Positions 56,819 through 64,000 of a stretch of 64,000 nt of DNA are shown here, piece after piece; the first letter of the stretch is position 1; every line of letters starts with the position of its first letter. The stretch covers positions 272,180,001-272,244,000 of the forward strand of contig OZ024740.1 in NCBI GenBank assembly GCA_964016885.1, written 5' to 3'. The notes beneath the pieces are model-generated. The model ran no database searches and was not told the origin of the DNA. It saw only the letters and a list, made by a program, of their open reading frames with translations. The DNA is from Eledone cirrhosa. Its lineage: Eukaryota. A program made the position numbers and the translations under genes.

Positions 56819-57428
56819 GTCAGGTCACCAGTTGGTGCTACTAGTAACATGTATCCCAGTAGAACCTGTCCCATGGTCGGGTCGTTGGCGACTAAACTGG
56901 CAACCCCACCAAGGTTTCTTGGTGAGGAGGGTGACTTTGGACATCCTGCAGGACTAAAAACAAAACCTGTCAAAGGGCAAAGGAGCTCTTAAGAGTCAAT
57001 GGCCATCCAAAATCACCGGGAGAGATGACCCCTTAGCCTTTGTCAAGGCAGAATTCTAGGAGAAGGAAAACTCTGATATAACACCTGCAACCCTGATGGT
57101 ATCCAATGATGTTGACTTGTTCTTCTTTTTGGTAAATATCATCTTGGTTAAGAGAGTGGGACTGGCTTTGTGCAGTGCCTTTGCTCACTATAAAAGCTTC
57201 ACGGCACAGGCATTGCTTTATATCTGGAGATCTCTCTACACTTGTCCTCACATGGTACCAAGGGCCCAGCACTATGTGTCAATAATTGTCACAGGTGTAG
57301 TGTTTGTACCAGAGTTTTCAAGTCGCTGGCTGAACTAAAAAGTCACACTTGTTTAGCGCATCGGTAGGGGTTTTCCTACATGGATATAAAGTAGTGGCCG
57401 TAATCGAAAACGAGTTGGCAGCCACCAT
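56819..57428 (+). mobile_element. Non-autonomous retroelement, probably RTE-derived, in (ATGT)n; relatives 59333-59850 (-) and 59880-60184 (-)
   Basis: Motif ctaggagaaggaaaactctg (recalled from RTE 5' UTRs); shared 3' end gcagcca-(tgta)n. Confidence 0.55.
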
Positions 57429-57894
57429 GTATGTATGTACGTACTTATGTATGTATGTACGTATGTATGTTTGTATGTATGTTTGTATCCATCTATCTAT
57501 TTGTCTATATGGAGAGATATATTTGTCTATATATCTCTCTTTCACAAACACATACACACACACTTATATATATACGGAGTGAGTCATATAAAGAGAGGGA
57601 GAGAGAGAAAGAGACAAAGAGAGAGAGAGAGAGACTGCGAGAGAGAGAGAGAGCGAGACGGAGATAGAGAGTGAAAAGCGTGCGCAAGTCTATAACTATA
57701 TGTGTTGATTCTGTAAATTTACATTGAAACAGTAACAAACAACCGGAAAAAACAACATTTAGGAAGAATTTTCGTTTCTTTTTAGTGTGAAACATTTTGT
57801 AAGATAAGTAAAACATCGTGTAGCTTTTCTGAACAGACCTAAACTAGTAATTTTCGCTCAGTTTCGGTTCCAGCGCTACATTGTAGTTATTTTC

Positions 57895-58855
57895 ATTTAT
57901 ATATACATACATTTATACATATATGCATACGCATGTATGTATAAAAATACATGCATATGGACATACATACGTATGAATATAAATATATACACACACATAC
58001 ATTTATACATATATACATACAAACATTTATACATATATGCATACGCATGTATGTATAAACGTACATGCATATGAACATACATACATACGTATGAATATAA
58101 ATATATACACACACATACATATATGCATGCATACATACATTTATACATATATACATACATACATTTATACATATATGCATACGCATGTATGTATAAACGT
58201 ACATGCATATGAACATACATACATACGTATGAATATAAATATATACACACACATACATATATGCATGCATACATACATATATACATACATTTATATATAT
58301 ATATGCATATGAATATACATACATACATACACACATACATGTATATTTACATACATACATATATAGGCATGCATAGATATCATATATACATATATGCATA
58401 TGAACATACATGCATACGTATGAATATAAATATATACACACACATACATATATACATACATACATGCATACATGCATACATACATACATTTATACATATA
58501 TGCATAGATACATAGATACATAGATATATACATTTATACATATATACATATACACATATGAACATACATATATACATACACACATACATACATATATAAT
58601 ACATATATACAAAGATATATACATAGATACATACATACATACAAACACATACATACATACATTTATACATATATGCATATGAACACACATACATACATAT
58701 GAACATACAGACATACATATGTACATACATACATGCATACATACATACACATACATAAATAAATACACACACACACACACATACACACATACATGTATAC
58801 ATACACACATACGCACATATGCAGGCACTTACATGCATACATACATACATACATG
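57895..58855. repeat. TACA-derived low-complexity tract with higher-order units
   Basis: gtatgaatataaatatatacacacacatac recurs at ~57971, 58089, 58227 and 58418. Confidence 0.85.
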
Positions 58856-59072
58856 ATGGCTGCCCCCTCATTATCGAGTACACACACTAACACACACACA
58901 CACACATATATACATGAAAATAGAAGTAAGGGTCTACAACACAATGGTTATAGAGAAAAGGTGAAGTTGGAAATAGCGCGGCAAATATATTTTAGGGTCT
59001 GTTTTTCTTTTTTAGATTTAAAATTAAGAGGTGAGTTTTTTCATCTTCCTTGTTGAGAAGGAGACTGGAAAA

Positions 59073-59112
<40 letters not shown>

Positions 59113-59123
59113 GTACATGCACA

Positions 59124-59275
59124 CATAGACTGCAAATGGCTGCGATAGCTGGCACCTTCAACATTTGTAAAACATTCTTGCGATTAAAGGGATGACAGTT
59201 TCTTTTCTTTTACAATCTTGCCACCAGGAAGGTGGCTGGTCAAAGATATACTCGAAATTAAGAGATTACGAAACA
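59124..59275 (+). mobile_element. 3' end fragment of an R4/Dong-type LINE
   Basis: Homologous to 63386-63540. Confidence 0.8.
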
Positions 59276-60295
59276 TATACATACACACAAATACACACAT
59301 ACATAGATACATACACACATACATACATACATGATGGCTGCAAACTCTGCTCAGTGTACTGCAATCGCTTGTCAGATTATAGAGTTGGGTGCACTTTTAG
59401 GTTACCGCCAGCCACACGAACCTGTAACATAACCTGAACAAGCAATACCTGTGCTTTGAAGGTTCTTTAAGTGGGGAAAGGCCTTGCAAATCGACAAATC
59501 CCACTCTCTGAGCATCGAAAACACTACCCGAAAAGGAGAACTGGTCAACATCAATGGATGCTTCCGAAGCCGCAGGTTTTATTTTTTTAGAGTTTCCCTC
59601 TCCTAGAAAGGTGTTGTTTCACTCCCAGGTGAAAAAACCCCCAAAAAACAAAAAACCAAAAAAAACCCCCAAAAAACAAAACAAAACGAAAACTACTATT
59701 CAGATGGCCGTTGACTCTGCTGAGTTCCTCCGCCCTTTGCCCGGTCTTGTATTTCATCCCGCAGTGTGTCCAAATATCACCCTCCTCACCAAGCTAGCTT
59801 GGTGGGGTTGCCAGTTTAGTCGCGGACGTTCCGACGACCCGACCATGAGACATACATACATATATACATACATACATACATAGTGGCTGCCAACTCGTTT
59901 TCGAGTACGGCCACTACTTTATATCCATGTAGGAGAACCCCTACCAATGCGCTGAACGAATGTTACTTTTTAGTCCAGCCAGCGACTTGAAAACTCTGGT
60001 ACAAACACTACACCTGTGACAATTATTGACACATGGTGCTGGACCCATGGTACCATGTGACGACAAGTGCAGAGAGATCTCCAGATATAAAGCAATGCCT
60101 GTGCCGTGAAGCTTTTATAGTGAGCAAAGGCACTGCACAAAGCCAGTCCCACTCTCTTAACCAAGATGATATTTACCAAAAAGATACATACATACATACA
60201 TACATACATACATACATACATAAATATATAATCCATCCATCCATCCATCCATCCATCCATCCATCCATACATACATACATACATACATACATATA

Positions 60296-61854
60296 AAAAT
60301 CTGATACTCTATCGGAGGTATCTTACTGACCTCTACCAACAAGTTCTTATACCAGAATGGTTGACATTAGCACAAACATTACTGATCCCCAAGAACAAAG
60401 ACACCCACTTGGCAAAAAAATACCGACCCATTGCATGCCAGAACCTGATGTATAAGATGTATACAGCCTGCCTGAACCTATTCCTCCAAGATCACTGTGA
60501 AAATAATAACATCATCACAGAGGAACAAGCAGCTGGAAAGAAAGGGGTTTGGGGATGTGCTGAACAGCTCCTAATCAACAAAACTGCGAAGTGGGAGGTG
60601 CGACAACTTAGGAGGAATATGGCTACAGTCTGGCTGGACTACAGGAAAGCTTTCGATTCTGTTCCCCACTCTTGGATGATAGAGGCCCTCCAACTTGCTG
60701 AAGTCCCATATATTATTATCAGAGCCATAGAGAAGCGTTCTTCTTCTTGGGCTACTATCCTAAAGTTAAAGACAGAGAAGGAGGACTCTATTTTCATTGA
60801 TAAAATAAAATATCGCAGGGGTATATTTCAGGGGGACAGTCTCTCTCTGTGATATTACTTATCCTGTCATTAAACCCCTTGTCCTTTCTGCTCAAGAAAT
60901 GTGAAGGACACATCATTGGCTCACAGGAGGACAGAAATGCGAACCTAAACCATAATTTCTTTGTGGATGATCTGAAACTCTATGCCAAGACCATGGATGG
61001 AATGAATAAAAGTCTTGACCTGGTTACAACGTTCTCAAAGGATATAGGAATGGAATTTGGCCAAGATAAATGCTCATACATGACTGTAAAGCGGGGAAAA
61101 ACAACAACCCAATCTAGCAACATTGTCATCAATGGCCTAATTGTGTCACCGATATCTGATGAGGACTGCTACAGATACCTGGGGATAGATGAGAACATAT
61201 CCTATAATGGTATCTGTAATAAGGAACGCGTAACCAGGGAATACTACACCCGATTAAGAATGATATGGTCATCGGAACTCTCTACGCAAAACAAAACAGT
61301 GGCTCACAATGTGTTTGCTGTGCCTGTCCTAACACCAACGTTTGGAATACTCAATTGGACGATAGACGAAATCCGAGCAGTTGATGTTGGAACTCGAAAA
61401 ATACTAAACAACACCGGAAGCTTCCACATCAACAGTGACATAGACCGCCTTTACTTGAAACGTAAGCAGGGAGGCAGAGGCCTAACATCAGTCCAGACAG
61501 CATTTGAATGTCGCATCATATCTCTCTGACAACATCTACGAACCTCGAAGCGTAGGAACCATCTCTCGAGCAAGTCTATCTGCATGAAACAGATAAGATC
61601 ATGAGAGTTGGGAAGGAACTCCTCGAGAGATATTCCCTGTGTGATAATCAAAACTCACACTCAGGGAAGTCGCTCAGCAGTATCGCAGTGAATCCATGGA
61701 TGAAAAACTGCATGCTTATCAGCAAAAAATCATGTATGTATATGTTGCCAGGAAGCTCCAGAGTGAGAGTAATATAGATAAGGAAAGTAGTCTATCTTGG
61801 ACCAACAACCGCTATATTGGCTCCCACTTTGAAGGATACGCTTTTGTAATCTAA
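60296..61854 (+). pseudogene. R4/Dong-type LINE RT, frameshifted (ORFs 60361-60852, 60849-61529)
   Basis: YRPIAC, QAAGKKG, WLDYRKAFDSVPH, GIFQGDSLS, FFVDDLK, YLG, DRLYLKRKQGGRGL. Confidence 0.9.
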
Positions 61855-63540
61855 GAGGTGAGAAGGAGCAAGTTAAGACTGATAAGATACATTACCAGAA
61901 GGGCATCTTTCAGGGTGATAGCTTGTCAGTGCTACTCTTCGTTCTCTCACTAAATCCACTATCTTACCTACTCAGGAAACAAGGTGGACAAAGAAGTGGG
62001 TCCAGAAGTATCTCCCATCTTTTCTTTGTTGATGACCTGAAGTTGTATGGGCCAAATATCAATGACATCAAGAAATAATTGGACCTCATTACACAATTTT
62101 CAACATACATCAAAATGAAATTTGGTGAGTCCAAGTCTGCATATTTGGCAGTAAAACGTGGAAGAGCTGTGCCCTCCTCTAGAAATCTAGAGATGAATGG
62201 CCTGACAATACAACCTCTACAGTCAGGTGACAACTACATATATCTTGGACAGGATGAGAATGTCAGATATGATGGACCCATAAATAAGGAGAGAACCAGA
62301 ACTGAATACCTCAGAAGAGTAAAGAAAATATGGTCATGAGAACTGTCAGCGTACAACAAATACATTGTCCACAATACTTATGCTGTGCCAATTCTAACAC
62401 CAGCATTTGGCCTGCTGAACTGGTCATTGCAAGAACTAAGTGAGATGGATGTTAGAACTCGCAAACTTCTTAGTGTTACTGGGAACTTTAACATCAATTG
62501 TGATGTGGATAGGCTATACTTCTCACGCAAGGAAGGTGGCCGGGGTCTAAAATCCATGTTAACATCATATGAGACCCGGATAGTAACACTGAAGCAACAT
62601 CTTCAACAGAGGAAAAAGGTTGGCAACCATCTTACCCAGGTTTATGAGCATGAAAAAAAAAATATCATTAGAATAGCCACTGATCTGGAGGAGAGATATG
62701 GAATAAAGCCTGATATAAATCTCTCACCCAGAGAAATCGGAAGATCCTATTCAATGTTCAAACAAGATGAAAAAATTGACCAATTTACAGAAAAAGTTGT
62801 GCATGGATACTTGAGACGTAAAACACAGACCATAGAGGGGATAAACCACTCAAAAAGCCTGGCATGGAGTTCCGACAGGCTTATGACATCACACCTTGAG
62901 GGATATCTCTATGCAATACAGGAACAAGAACTCCCCACCAAATATCTGCTGCACAAAAGGGGAGGGTCATCAGCTGACAATAAATGTAGGCTATGTAAAA
63001 CAAAGATCGAGGATGTAAGCCACATTGTTGCCAGCTGCGAAAGAATGTCATCTCGTTACTACCTCCCCATGAGACACGATGGGGTAGCTAGAACGATCTG
63101 GAACGCACTTCGGAAAACAAAATTAACAACAAACGAGGAAGAATATATTGAGATAGATGGCACTAAGGAATACGGGTGGAACCTGAAAATAAAAACTGCC
63201 ACCAAATTAAAGCACAACCGGCCTGATATTGTTGTTTGGGACCACACATTGAAAACGTGTTCTGTTGTGGAGATCAGCTGCCCACTTGATGTAAACGTTG
63301 TCAGAAAAATACAGAAGGAGGACATCTACGGACCATTGATGAGGAGTTTACAAATCCAGTATCCAAGATACGCAGCTCCCTAATTCATAGTCTACAAATG
63401 GCTGCGATAGCTGGCACCATCAACATTTGCAAAACATTCTTGCGATTCAAGGGATTACAATTTCTTTTCTTTTACAACCTTGCCACCAGGAAGGTGGCCG
63501 GTAAAAAAAATATACTCGAAATTAAGAGAAAGAGAAAATA
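61855..63540 (+). pseudogene. Second R4/Dong-type LINE: RT C-terminus, CCHC finger and restriction-like endonuclease
   Basis: GIFQGDSLS, FVDDLK, CRLC...H...C, RHD, NRPDIV...EISCP; stops in the RT region; ends in (TACA)n. Confidence 0.9.
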
Positions 63541-63603
63541 TACATACACTTATACACACATATATACATACATTCATACATACATACATACATACATACA
63601 TAG

Positions 63604-63665
<62 letters not shown>

Positions 63666-64000
63666 GGCGTATGTCTCTCTGACACCCTTAATTTAATTTA
63701 AATTTTGAATATATATATATATATATATACATATATAGCCTCGTTTTAACGTAGCCGTATTAACATTTGTTCACCCTCTCTTTGTTAATCTGCGTTGTCA
63801 TCCTTTCAGAACAGCAGGTAAGAAAATAATCTGAAAAAACATAAATATATGCAAAAAATAAAAGAATAAATGAAAAAACAAAAGAAAAAAAAATCATCAT
63901 TTTTCCTTACACATGTATGTATGTATGTATGTATGTATGTATGTATGTATGTATGTATGTATGTATGTATGTATGTATGTATGTATGTATGTATGTATGT

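Overview
AT-rich, repeat-saturated non-coding eukaryotic DNA. The microsatellite load and SINE families suggest an octopus/cephalopod genome (inferred from recall, no search run). No host protein-coding exon can be supported, and nearly all ORFs in the track are microsatellite artefacts. Real coding remnants are retroelements: a Neptune-type Penelope-like element (PLE; RT plus GIY-YIG, ORF 25980-27830), a Naiad-type PLE endonuclease fragment, three Tx1/L1-type LINE pieces and several R4/Dong-type RLE LINEs. There are also about 30 tRNA-derived SINEs and hAT and mariner MITEs. The main hidden signal is a dense population of short non-coding PLE-derived inserts sitting in (TA)n arrays. Manual folding gives about 20 type-I hammerhead ribozyme (HHR) motifs with intact cores plus several decayed ones, from more than a dozen sequence families. 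Many inserts are fold-backs whose junction falls at HHR helix II, and one 467-nt tandem unit with a complete HHR looks like a retrozyme. All folds and coordinates were read by eye.
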